Source: Amoebophrya sp. A120 (taxonomy: Eukaryota > Protista > Dinoflagellata). From it: a DNA stretch of 64,000 nucleotides. The translations under genes and the position numbers were made by a program. Below the pieces are notes generated by a model, which made no database searches, was not told the origin of the DNA, and saw nothing but the letters and a program-made list of their open reading frames with translations. The stretch is from NCBI GenBank assembly GCA_905178155.1, contig CAJINV010000001.1, positions 10,658,311 to 10,722,310 of the forward strand, read 5' to 3'. This document shows, in pieces, positions 1 through 12,936 of this stretch (position 1 is its first letter; every line of letters begins with the position of its first letter).

Positions 1-781
1 GTGGCCGAAAATTCTTTGTATTTTAGTGTGCTACAACGTGTGTAAGTACAAGTAGAAGGATTAGTTATTGTCAGAATGCAGTAAAATCAAGGATTCGCAC
101 AAGGGCAAGTCCTGGTGGTGGGTTTTTGATTGGTTAGCGTGTTAACAAATTCGTCAGTGACATGGATAAGATGACAGACCTTGAACGATTCCAGACAACG
201 ACAGCCAGGTTGTTCAGTTGTACGAAAGTGAAGGAAAGTGTCCTGTAGTACGAGTAACAGGGCGGTTTTTCACGCTCAAGACAGCCTCGACCGAACTGAA
301 CTAGTTTCGAGGCTCAACCGAAGGCACTGGTACGACGTAGGAGGATTGTTTGAACGATAGAAGTAGAGCACTGGCAGCCTGAAAACCGAGTTACGAGAAG
401 TGTCACTTCGTAGTCAGCACGGGAGACGAGGGCTCGGCAGCCAAACCGAAAAAAATCCTTGCCTTATTTGCACCGACGGGAATTCAGTACTTTGGGGTTG
501 GTTCTGCACGAGAGAAAAAGAAAAACATGGAACAGCCATGCCGGAAAATTGAAAATTTTTCTGGGTTTTGAATCAGACGATCTTTTCTCACGTCCGCTGC
601 GACAGCAACCGTGAGACGTGGCTAGATTTGACGTTGCTTATCTCGTGTTCGAAGAACACGCACACACACAATGCATACTTTTCAAATAAAAAAGCAACAC
701 CGCACTTTTGCCTCCCCTCTTGCGCCGTTCCCGGTCAAGCAACTCGTGTGATTCGATTGCTCTCTATCGAGTTCTAGGTAC

Positions 782-3700
782 TCACGTCTGCGCCCCCGCT
801 CCCGCCCTCTCCCGTGCAGCATCTGCCGCCGCCTTTTGCCGCAGCGCGATGAGCAACTGCGTGCGGATGCGCTTCATCCGTTTTTGCCGGGACATCTGCA
901 TGTGGTGGTGTACCATCGACGCCACCTCGTCCCCTTGCCGGTCCTCGTCTCGGGCTGTCTGGGACGGTCGTGCCCCCGCGGAGGCGTCTTGCACCCCCGC
1001 TGGGGCCGCCGAACCGGTTGCTTTCTCCGCGTTGGCCGCAGACGTGGCGGAGCGAAACCCCTCGGGATACGTTTTCATCAGCTCCTCAACAATGTCGACG
1101 ATCTCCTGCCTGTACCAAGACTGGTTCGCCTGTTGCGCGGCCTCGCTCCCCTGCAGCGCCCGCCAGATTGGGCCCCAGGCCACCGGGTCCCGCGCGGGCC
1201 AAGCGGGATTCAAAGGGAACACAAACCCGTCCGCGACGCGGTCGGCCAAAAAGGCCCGCAACTCCGGCTCGGTGACCGAAAACCAGGACTTGCTTTTCGT
1301 CGGCTTGTATGCTCTGCAAAAATATCGCACTCGTATTAATTGCAATGATGCATGACAAATCTTGTTTGTTAGCCAAATCAGCATTACAAACTTCATTTTT
1401 CCTTCTGAGAAGATTTGTATTGCGATTTATACTAGTGCGATGCTTTTGCAATGCATAGCTTGGTCCTGCTCGGTGGGCCGCCTTGATGTGACGTTGGTAT
1501 CCCCGATGCGGGAGCTGTAGTCCCAGCGGCAGAAGTCTTCGCGCCGTCCGTGATGTTGTCTCCTCCATCTTTGTCCCAGATCACGAGATACTGGTCGTCT
1601 TGCTCCTGCGGAAACAGAAAGTTAAAGCACTCGGCGCCGTGCCGTACGGCGCCGCACTCCGCCATTGCGGCCACCGTCTTCGCGATGATGTCGATGGATG
1701 TCGGGTCCCCGAAGCCGTAGGTGGGCAGCCCCGGATTGAAGTTCCCCTGTTCGCAAGCGGCGGTCAAAACCTGCAGCCAGTTGGAGGTCCAGCTCTTGCA
1801 CGTGCGCCCGGCCGCGTCGTCCGCCGCCTGCGTTTCGAGTAGCTGCCGCGTTTGCTGCAGACACCACTTCTGCAGCTCCACCTGCTTGGCAGGCAAAGCG
1901 TCGTAGCTGATGGGACCCCGAGAAGCGATCAAGAGAGTGTCAAAGTCGCTCACCACCGGGTGGACACACGCTTCTTCATAGGCGACGAGCAATCCCAAGG
2001 GGTTCAGCGGGTCCGCCAGGTCATGCTGCAAAACGCAGGCACTGTGCGAGTGTTTTTTGATCATCTACGTCTTCATCACGCATCAGACTCAGATACGTCG
2101 TATGTAAACACAACATGTTTGATCGTGAATATCGCAAGACAGGAAAGTCTCGACGAATCGAAATATAAAAAAAAAAGCGACACAGTCACAGAAACCCAAA
2201 AGAGAGATTGTGAAACTCGAACTTCAAAGGAAAAACCGTGATTTTCACATAAGACTATCATATCTTACCGCGGCAGTCCTTGCGGGTCGCGCACTGCATG
2301 GAGGTTCATATCCATGAAAGCCGGCTCCGATACTCTGCCCGTCTCCCAACCCAGCATGGGGCTGATGTCGTGTCGCTCTATGTATACCTCCCGCAACAGC
2401 AGCTCCGGCACGTCGAGTCCATACGCGCTGGAGCACTCGATATAGTCGTCCAAATGGCGAACCAAGGCCATCACGTCGACAGTAGCTGATTTGTCTTTGT
2501 CAGAAGAGGGGGAGGTGGACCCCGCCCCTGCATTGTTGCCCGAGGCATTCGTGTCCTTCGACGCGCCCGTGTCTTTATTATTCCCCCCCGCAGAAGAGGA
2601 ACTTCCTCCCGCCGGCCGGAACGCCTTGGCGAGCTTGGCGGCGAAATCGGGCTCGTGAAGGAGCGCGTGCATGGCGGACTCCGCCGCAGCCCGGTCCTCC
2701 GCGGACCGGTAAAAAATGTGGATGCGGCTCCGCGGCGGCGCGGGCTCGACGCGGGCTTTGTGCGCGTTGTCAGAGATCTGGATGAAGGGCACAAACCCGC
2801 TCAGCCGATTTTTCTTCGCGCTCTTGCCCTTCACGTTCAGGCCCTTGCCCACGCCCACGCGCCCCAGCATCTTCGCGATCGAGTCCCGGCTGCAGGGACG
2901 GTAGATCACGATCCACTCCGTCTTCGGTTCGCTGGCCGGCACCGCTTTGTCGACCGGGTCAAACCCGGTGCCTCGCAGAGAGGGCTCATACTTGTAGCAC
3001 CCCTTGGGCCCCTTGGTCCCGCCGCACGCGTAGAAATCCGCGAGCAGCCGCCGCGGGTCGGTCAGGTAGTGTTGCGCGTGCAGGTTTTCCAAGGACCCTA
3101 GTCTGCCCTCGAAGTCACTCCGATCCAACCGTAAAAGCAGCGACTCCGTGCTCGAGCGAATCGAAGCGGCGCGCTTCGCGTCCTTCTCTAACAGCGCGCG
3201 CTCGCCGAACAACCCGCCGGACGTGTAGGTTGCCACGTCGCTGGAGACCCCGTCCTCCGCCTGGATTGAAGCGACACACTCGCCCTGAAGATGTGTTTTT
3301 GTTTTATCGGCAACGGTTGAAATTAGAACGAGTAAAAAAATGCTGCTCTGTAGCTTGCTTGACCATGAAAACCTATGCCACAAAAGAAATTCAAGTGCTG
3401 AAAAAAAAAACGGCTCTACCTTTTCCACTATGTACATGCAGTCTGCCACCCCTCCTTGGCGCAGGACAGAGTCCCCTGCGGAATAGCTTTCCCGCTGCAA
3501 GGCCCCGGCGATGGCCGCAACCTCCTTTTCGTTGCACGTTTCGAACAAGTGACAGCCTCGGACCAGCTCTTCTCGCACATTCCGTTCGTGTATGACCGTG
3601 CGAAAGTCGTCCGCGTGCAGCATGTACGTTCTGCACTGTGTCAGTGCTTTAACGCTAATTTTTCTCTTGCTCTCTGGTCGAAGCAGCGCGCGCTCGCCGA

Positions 3701-4238
3701 AGTAGGAGCCGGGACCGAACTGCATCTTCTCCACATGCGTGTGCGCATGGTGTAGTTCTTTACAACCACCTGGCTTTATGTGAAGGTCCACCGCAGCTTT
3801 ATTATTTTCACCATTCTTCGTCTGTTGATTTTGTTGTAACTGCGGCGGAGGCGTTTCTGTTTTTTCAACCTGTGCTGCATTTGGAGCGTTCGTTTTGTCC
3901 ACTGGACTGTTTTGACTCAGAGCGCCAAAGAGGGAGGCCCTGATAGCATCGAGGGGGCCCGCTTCCTCCTCCTCTTCGTCGTCATCGATGACGTCAACCT
4001 CCAGTGCCTCACCGCTGTCGATTATGAAGAAGTCCGCACCTTTAGCGCCTTCTCGGATTATGGCGGCGTTCTTCCGGAAGCGCCGAACGGTAAGCACGCT
4101 CGCTACATGCTCGAGCTCATGGCGGTGCATGTTCGCGAACAATTTTACCCCTTTCAGAAGCTCGATTCGCCGCTCCAGCTCGGCTGGCGCCAGAGCACCA
4201 GACCGGGGTCCCGATCCGCCGCAGCAGCAAAGCGGCAT
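782..4238 (-). CDS. Tandem cNMP-binding domains fused to a class II (edema factor/ExoY-like) nucleotidyl cyclase domain; 4 exons
   Basis: Two phosphate-binding cassettes, FGERALL..R.ISVKA and FGERALL..RAASIRS. Downstream motifs YRP, KGLNVKGKS..GFVPF.Q, SDFD, HGAECFN.LFP and FPLNPAW. GT-AG introns 3285-3419 and 2042-2268 plus introner 1308-1457 join ORFs 2265-4238, 1432-2064 and 782-1396 in frame. N-terminus MPLCCCG. Confidence 0.85.
1308..1457. mobile_element. Introner-like element (150 bp), shortest copy
   Basis: Imperfect TIR TATGC(TC/AT)TGCAAAA(AT/GC)ATCGCACT(C/A)GTAT. Direct repeat GCTTG at 1303-1307 and 1458-1462. Removing the element plus one repeat gives PSRTK-PTKSKSW. Confidence 0.9.
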
Positions 4239-5307
4239 GCTGACACCTCCTGGTCGATCGGAAAACTATCGCCCTGCAACTGTAGTAATATGTCGAGCGG
4301 AACCACCTACAAATGTGCAACAGCCGGGAAAACCGGAAATATCCGAGTGCATGATCGGGTCAGAGAAATTTTGAAAGTCGCTGCTAACGCGTAAAAATCA
4401 TGAGCAGGAGGTGCGATTTTACTTTATATCATTTGGGGTAAGAAAATAAAGAATACGAATGTCTAAATGTATAGGAAAAATGGGGAAAAAGAGTGTTCCT
4501 GTTATCATTAGCTCTTAAAGTACTATACTTCTCAATGGCGACGGCGTGTTATGTTGTACACCATTACAGCAGGAGGAAAAGCTACATTAGTATGACTTGA
4601 AGGACGACAACATCTTGAAGGACGATGCAACATGTTAGTGCACGATGAGGTGAGGGAGAGGACGAGCGGCACAGAACGATTTGGTCTTTCTACCGGACGA
4701 TGTTGCACTTATTCAAGGGACACACATCAACCGACCGCAATATCTGCTTTTCACGAGACACCGAAACAGCAAAAAAATAGTACCTGGTACATCCGGTACG
4801 AGTATAGATGATGCATCAAAGCTTGCAACAAACCGAATTCCGCGGTTTCATTGAAAAGACCGAAGCTTGTACATCTACGTTTAGATTGTGCACCGATACG
4901 AACTGCCTTGTGCTTGAACTTTGTTGTGCGCTTCGATACAGAACAGAGATACACTTCTCAGCGCATAGTTTTTGAGCATTCAATAGCTCTCTGCAATCTC
5001 GGCACCCCAAAAATAAGATGGTGGTACTTAGAAGGTCATGCCGCGGCGTCTCATGACTAATCGATAAAACTTTTACTTACTACGTGGTGCTTCACCGCAT
5101 AAATTCGCACACAGGACTGTTAATACTTCAAACTATACTTTTTCTTTCTCGGTGAAAGGCGCGTGTCGTTTTTCAAAATGAGACTTCTTCGACGGGGATA
5201 CCGTGCGACATTGATACACTTTTTGTTCCAGGATCATGATCGATCTGCTTCATCAAAGAAATCATCAGCAAAATATTTCATCGTTTTATTGGTGTGTACA
5301 TTTTTTG

Positions 5308-8300
5308 TCATATGAAAAGCACGTGCAAATCCATAGCAGGTTCTTCAACATGCAGCAGCTTTAAAAACTCTTTCAAAAAGTCTTCGCCGAGTCCTCTCCC
5401 GGACCTTCGGTGCAATAAGCACAAAATGTAGGTAGCGATCGAATCACAAATCGTCGTAGTCCAGAGCCTCGCGGAGCTGTTCCGTCGTGAATTTCCCTTT
5501 TTTGATCGCGTTTTTATCGGCGGTGTCGAAGGGGCTGGGCTCGAAGCCTTGCTGGTTCGCACCGCCTGCTGTAGGCACAGAGGTAGAACCAACAACTGGG
5601 GCGCTTTTATTGTCTACGGTAGTTCCAGTTTGTTTTTGTACTTGGCCGCCTGTAGACGATGCGGGAACCGAAGGATTCTTGTCGGTGGATGATGATGAAC
5701 CTGACGTTCTCGCAGCTGCCTCACTTGCGGACGTCTGTCGTCCCTCTCCCGGTCCTCTTGCGGCTTCATCATTTGTGTTCGACTTGGAGGATGAGTCCAA
5801 GTCGAACGGACCCGTAAGTTTGATGCTGTCCGGCAGCGCCTCCGGCGGCTGGAACATTCCGGGCGTCAGTGGTCGCAGGTTGTGTTTGGGCGTTGGCCGA
5901 CCGAAGGACGCCAGACTGGGTTGCAGCGTAGTTGTACCGACCTGTAATGTGGTGATGACAGAATGAAAGAATGACCTTTGTTCGCTAGATGAGCACTGAT
6001 GTGCAATCAAACTCTCAATTTCACTTATTCCTTTTTGAAAACTGTAAAACAGCTCGTGCTGTAAAACGAAAAGGGCCACCAGAATAAAAAATACCGCGGC
6101 TTTGGGAACAGCATTTCGCACCAAAGGTCGCAGGGGACAGTTACTGACGGGTGGTGCTGCGACTTGGGGTGCCTTTTTCATGGCGGGAAAGGTTGACGTA
6201 GAGAGTGTCGGGGTCGGTGCCGCTTTGGAAGTACACGGAGGGGAAGTGGCAGAGGACTTCATCTTGGCTCCATTGATGTTCTCCGGCCGATTTGACGACG
6301 CAGGGGTTGCACTTGCAACCGGTGTGAACACCACGGTCGCTGCCGCGGTCGGTTTGGCATTTGCGCGCGCAGAACTGCTGTTTGCCGCATCTCCTGCCGC
6401 TCCCCCGAGGAAGGATTTCTTCTTCGCTTTTTCGTGCTTCGAGCTTTTGCGGCTGGTAGGGGAAATTTCGGTCTGTTCCAGCAGGTACGCTCCTAAGGCG
6501 GTGTGCTCGATCAGGTTCGCCGCGTCACCTGCAGTGGAAGGATGAGTTATCATTTCCACACAAGTACCTTCTACCGTATCGTATGTAAAGTAAGCATCAC
6601 TCGATGTCGTGCGTGTGAGATACTTACAAGTAAATGATCGCACGGAGGCAAAACAGCAATTGGCTACACAATCAAAAACTGCGAAAAAAGGCGTATCCGT
6701 AAGTACCGGGCTGCGTCGGTGCGATGCGCAGCACGTCTTCGAAAGCCCTCACAGCTTCTTGCAGCCGGTTGGCGTCGCTGTGCTTTACGAGCACTTCGTG
6801 TGAGTTGGTGCGCTCAGCCTGCACGCCAGTCCAATACCGAACCTCTTCGATTATTGGCTCCGTAATAATTCCCTTGGCATCGGTGATAGCTTGACGCTGT
6901 CGTGGATTAAGAGCAAGCATTGTCTTGATGATGAATAAAAAGGAGCTATTTTTGGACACCCTCGTGCCACTCTACGGACGACGTACAAAAGAACTCACTC
7001 ACATGCACTAACCATGTAGATCTTTCACGTCAACGAGCTAAGCGCAGTCTGTCAGTTGTCATGAAAATGGAAAATAATTTTCAGCTTGTCAGCAAGCAAA
7101 ATCAGTACCAGCAGATTCGACTGGTTGATCGCCGTCTCGCGGGCAAACGCCTGGATTGCCTGCACTGTTGCCAGCACGGCCTCCATCGTTTTCCCCTGGA
7201 TGACGACCAGACCGCCCCCGACGATGGTCGACCCGATTTCACCCGTCTCCTCGGCCAGCGCGCCCCGCAACCGCAGCTCGGGGAGCGTCTTGCCGACCAG
7301 GTTCTCGGTGAGCAGGAAACGCCGCTTCACGTTGGAGTAGGCGGTGTGATCCGCTGCTACGGTGATGGAACAATTCATCTTGACCTTCTTGCAGAACTGC
7401 TTCACTTGGTCGCCCTTCTTCCCGATGAGCACGCCGGCGGTTCGCAGCGGCCAGGGCAGAATCCGGCAGTGCGGCGCTTTCTCCATGGGATTCATGCGCA
7501 CCTTGATCACCTTGTTGATCTCCGCCACCCGGTGCGCATCTGTCAGCTGCGCCGATGCAGACGAGGTGGGAGAGACGATTGAAGAGCTGTAAAAGTTAAA
7601 CATCATGATCGTTTCGGGGGGTGGCATTCCATTCGAACATAAACGAGGTCAGGAGAGTCAAGAAATTAGTACGAGAAAACTTCTGCACGTAGCTATGTAT
7701 TGCAGCGCAGTCATCGTTCTTCTCGGACAGCGACAGAGTACTTGATGATTGAATAATTTGACGAACAATAACACAAGAAAATCTTCTAGTATCATAAACT
7801 GCGCTCCAAAACGCTTGTTTAATAGTTCCAAAATTCTTCACGCGCCGCGAGCAAGTAAAACAAAAGGTCACAATACATTGCAAACGCCGTTGGAATGGGG
7901 TGGACTGGCTCTTCCTTCGTGTCGGTTGCCTTAGTACTTTCGGGCTCTGTCTTCGTGCCCTGTTTCATTGTGTCCTCCCGTCGCTCTCGCCCGCTGTCTG
8001 CGGACCGGTTGGTGCGAATATCATTGTTCCGGCGTCGCCGGCGGTTGCGGTTTTTGCGACTGTCGGACAGCGACTCGTCGGCGGAGAGTTCGTACGCCTT
8101 CCCCGCACCGGTGCCGCTACTTCCCGTGGCCGACGAAGACGACGACCGATTTCTGTCTCTGCTACTGTGTCGGTTACGTTGCCCCCGACGCTCACCACGC
8201 CGCCCACGGGACCGCGAGCTGACTCGCCGACCCTTACTGCGACCGTGGGTCGTGTTTCTCCGTGACCGAGAGCGCGACCGGTTGACGTTGGGCCCCCTCG

Positions 8301-11300
8301 CCGCGCTTCGCGACGCACTGCGGCCGTTTCGCGGGGCGACGACAACCTTGTTGATGTTGTTGTTCCTGCGTTCGCGACTGGAAACGCGCTTTTGCAGTGT
8401 CTTGCCTGGCTCTCCTCGCCGAGGCGCTCGGCCACTCGAGCAGTAGCGAGAGTGCGGGTCCAGCTTCGTGTTGTCATGGTCTCCTGATCCGAGTTCAGAA
8501 ATGGGAATGTCCACACTCTGTGGTGCATGCGGGCTGGGGTCCCCGTCTTTTGCTCCCTCTCGACTGTTTCGTAACTGCCTCTCTTCCGCCCTGATCTCCT
8601 CGTCGTACCGACTCCGGCCGATAACTTGTTTCGGAGGCGCGCGCGGTCTGCTTTGTTCCCGCCTGCGGTTGTTGTAATTGCGATTATGTCTAGTAGTTTC
8701 TGTCTTATCCCTTTGTTCCACCCTCTTCTCCTCCCTAGACGTGGTCGAGAAGCAGGTCGAGTCTAGCTTCTGCAGATTGGGTCGCTGGATCGGTTCCGAA
8801 GAAATCTTTCGACGCTTCTTGGAAGCACCATCAGTGCCCTCATTCTTACTGCTTTGTGGGTCCTCCCCTTGCTCTGTACCTGCTCCTCTGGCGTCCTCCA
8901 GGTCCTGTTCGACGTCGCTGTCATCCTTCGTGCCGCCAGACGACCGAACGTTTGTGCTGATTGCGTCCTCGTTATCGACCGAAACCTGTGGCTCCACGAC
9001 GGTACAACTGTTGGCCGCAGGTATAGCGCCTCGTACTTTGGCGACCTCCTTTCGGTTCATCTCACACTGTACGGGTAATCGCTCGTTCCCCTTCCAAGGC
9101 TTTAACTTGGGTCTCGTCTTGGTCCCGGCCGCGGCCCGGTTCAGGCTGCTGCGAGCGAGGGCGTCTTTCGGCAACGGCCGCAACCCAGACGCGGCGGCGG
9201 CAGGCGGGGGACCCACGACCGCGCCAGATCTCGTCGCTCTTGTTGGAAAAGGCCGCAGCTTGGCTTTCGCCCGCACGACGGACGAATTCTCAGCTGCGGA
9301 CGAGGAAGAACAGGCCGCGAACGAGGAGGCGCTCGCACTTCTCGGCTCTTCCTTATTGATGTTTTCCTTCGATTTTGGTATTTTCGAGGATCGACTTTTT
9401 GAACCAAACCCTTTCTCTGCAGGCCGCTGAACGTCATTATGGTCCGACGGCCTGTCGGAGGGCACCCTCCGCGAATTTTTACTTCTTTCTTCCTTTTGCG
9501 AAGATTTTCCACTTCGGCCACTGCCGCGACTGCGTTCGTGCGAAATTCTGCTGTTGTGTTTGCTCTTCGAAGACTTGCTGTTTTGTCGTCTCCCGCTGCG
9601 CTCGTGGTTTTTTTTTTGCGAAGGTTTGTGCCTTGACAAAGAATGCGAAGACTCTGACCGTGACCGAGATCGACGGTTCTCATCCTGTGATTTTTTGTCC
9701 CCGCGGTCTTCACGCCGTGATGCCGATTTGTGATCCCTCTTACCCCGGCTCCTCTCCTCCTTCTTTGCTTCGCTTTTCTCCTCGTCACTTGAGCTTCCGC
9801 GGTTTCTCTCCCGGTCAAAAATGTCTTCGACAGCAAGATCTCGCTCGCTCCCCTTCCGAGACGAGGCAGCTTTACTCCTTTCGACAGCACTTCTGCTTCC
9901 GCTGCTCCGCCTTCGCGACGAAGAGTGCCTGCTGTGCGAAGAGGAGGATCTCGAATCCTCGCTCCGCGTTCTTCGACGCCGCTCGGACTGATCATGCTCC
10001 TGGTTGTTAGTACTCCCCGGCTCCTCCTCTACAAGTCGTTCTTGAGCATCCTCATTTGATGCCTCGTCCTCTTCTCTGCTCCTTCTGCTTCTCTCCTGCT
10101 CTGGTTGTAGTACCCGCTCAGATTTACTGCGTTCCTGAGAACAAGAGGCTGCAGCAGGGCTGCTTTCTTCTTGCTCTGCGTGTTGGAGATGTTCCGCCGA
10201 TTGTTCTACTACTTCCGCTGCGGGAGAATTTTTGCCCTCGGAGGAAGATTCCGACTTCGCCTTGCGTCTTCGTTTCGCTTTCGCTTTCGCCGCGCCTTTC
10301 TCGTCGTGGTCACTCATTAATACTGTCCGCCTCTTTTCCTTTTTGTCGACTTCATCTACTTCCGCCGCACTCGTCCTCCCTCTGCGATCATCAGCTTCCG
10401 TGCCGCTGGAGCAAGCAGCCGGAATGTCTAATCGTCCTCGTCTGACCTCCACGATTTCCTCGTCCCGCATTTCGTAGTCCGTACCGGGATCTGAGGGCGT
10501 GCGCTTCTTTGGACTCAGCAGCTCGTAGGACCGGGCGGGCCAGCTGTCTTCCAACTCCTTGATCCTCCGCGCGGCCGCCTCCTTGCCCAGGGGGTTCCCG
10601 TCCTCGTCGCGAGGGATGAAATGCCGGCTGGGCGGGCCGCTGCGGGACGGCAATCCGTCGCGCTCGCGCTGTTGGCGGCGTTCCAGGATTTCGTCCTCGC
10701 CGAAGAAACTCTCGACCAAATCGCTGTCGGCCCACATCAAGGCCCCGTTGATGTGCCGCACGTGCGTCACATATTTGTACAGCTGCGCCAGCGCGTGCCG
10801 CATGTAGAACGGGGGAATGTGCTGGAAAATCAGCTTTCGGTACACGCGTCGCTCACCACCTGTGGGTGATTTGGAAAGAGGAAGAAATTATTATTCCTAC
10901 TGGTGCATTGTCGACTTGAACTCTGTGAGCGAAAACTACGACATCAAGTGACAATGTTCATTTCTCTGATGGTGCGCGGGCACACACGACGCCCAAAGTT
11001 TGCTTCATGAATGGCAAGCTGAAATAGGTATCTATCGATGCAAACAAGATTTTCAACATCTTCTCTATCACGAAAGTATAGTCGAACAAGTTTTATTCTA
11101 CTTGTCTTCGCTTCGTCGATCATCCAAGATGGTGGGTGGAACTCTTGCCTCTTTCCCCTGCAGTTGTCGTCCGCGCAGGTCGGTTTTCGCGCCGCGAGTA
11201 GCCGCGGCACATTGTTGTCGGTTCTTTCACGAACGAGTCTGCGCGTCACCATGTTATTCCAGACCGGACCCACGACGGCCGTGAGGAAGTCCGCCCCCTC

Positions 11301-12936
11301 GCCCGGCTGCGCCCGCCACTCCTCCTCCGGGATGTACACAGCGAGGCGTGGGTGCCGGCCCTCCGGGTGCGGCCGGCTTTCCAGGAGCTCCGCGTCGTCG
11401 ATCTGTTCGCCATCCAGACTGGAAGACCTCCGGGACGACGGCGAGGAAGACCGCATGGTATAATTAACTTCGTCTCGCCTTTTTCTTTTCCTACTCTTTC
11501 GCAGATCCGAGGAACTATTATTCCGCTCGCGCTTCCGCTTGGCAGCAGCCAGGGCGAGCCGCTTTGCGCGGTCGCGGCGTCCCTCGACAGAGCAGTCGTA
11601 TCCTGAGTAAAAACGTACCCACACCAGAGTCAAGTTGGGGAATCGGCTAGACAAATCCACAAGCTTTGGCTGTTTTGCATGACAAACTTGGATCCGTAGT
11701 GTAGTGCTATTTGAGCTACCTCAGCAGCATCACAGATCTAGCATACCACGCTGATTGGAGCATTACAAATTGCAAAACACGACGGGAAAATGCTGCTCAT
11801 GGGGCTCCGCATGAGAAACATTTTAAGCATGCAGATTTGCATGACAGCTATGGTGTGGGGACGTTTTTACACAGGATAAGTCGCTCAAATTGTTCATCTC
11901 CGCGATGCGGCGCTGTCGCTCGCGCTTTTCGTGCTCCTTTCTTGTCCGTTCTATTTGTTGCTCTCTCCTTTTGGAAGATGAGGACGCAGCGGAAGGCGAA
12001 CTAGACGAAGAGCTGCTCACAGACTGCTTCTGCAGCTTGGTGGCGCGGTTTTTACTGCGTTCCTTGCTCTGCTCCTTGTTCCTAGTCGAGGAGCTTCTGT
12101 CGTGACTTGAAGTACTTGGCACAGCAACGTCGTGCCGTCCAGAATTTTTACTCCGCCGCCTCCTATTTTTACTCGTCAGTGATTTTTCTCCAGTACTTCT
12201 TTCCGCTCGCGCATTCGCTCTTCGCGCGCTCCTACTTGGTGGACTACGTTCTCCTGCTCTGCCACCGTCCACGATGCGACGCTTACTATTGCCTTGTTCC
12301 CCTCCTCGGCGGGGAGACACGTCGCGCGGTCGGCGCCTCTTGTAAACGTCCTCTTCGGGGGCCTGGTCCCGCGATGGTCCTCGTCGGGGGCTTCGCTGAA
12401 ATTTATAAGTGGTCTGCTCTCGCTGTTTTCTACTGCCGGAATTTTCGGAATTGTTCTGTTCGCGACGTTGCCTTCGCGATGAGGAAAAATCTTCTGCAAC
12501 TTCTACATCTTCTGCTCTAGCTTCAGGGTCTCTCCCACCGGTAGTTTTGTCCTCTGCGCCGCGTCGGGATCGGAGCTTGGATGTTTTTTCTTTCGAGCCA
12601 CGATCGCTACAACTGGCGGAAGGTGAGCTGCGCCCCGTTCGTTGCGGTCTTCTGCTTCTCGTATTTTTCGCTTGTTCCCGACGTGCACCCTGGTGTGCCT
12701 GTTTCAGTTGTGTCATGGTACGTTTCACTATGTGTTGACCACAGGAAGCAGCGCAGCATGCACCCATACGAGATTAAACAAAGAAAAGTTCATCAATTAC
12801 AGCGAAACTGTACCTGTTGGGTTCCGGTATTTAGCACCTTCCGCCCTCGATGCTTTTCCAATGCTTTACGCATGAAAAGAATCTCGTCCTCTTCGTCATT
12901 AGACAGCGACGTGTCCGCGCGAGGACTCGCACGCAT
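5308..12936 (-). CDS. Large Arg/Ser-rich low-complexity protein with C-terminal KH-like domains (putative RNA-binding protein)
   Basis: ORFs 11823-12767, 10944-11660, 7819-10845, 7052-7627, 6672-6959 and 5444-6643 can be joined by phase-compatible GT-AG introns and one introner. KH motif AGVLIGKKGDQVKQ near 7390-7440. Start and end uncertain, and it could be two genes. Confidence 0.6.
11599..11878. mobile_element. Introner family A (280 bp)
   Basis: TIR TATCCTG(A/T)GTAAAAACGT(A/C)CCCACACCA. Direct repeat AGTCG at 11594-11598 and 11879-11883. Removal gives NNLSD-CSVEGRR. Confidence 0.93.

Noticed and set aside
782-4238. Annotation as a PKA regulatory subunit or PKG
   Set aside because: There is no kinase domain or dimerisation/docking domain, and the C-terminal half carries class II cyclase motifs instead.
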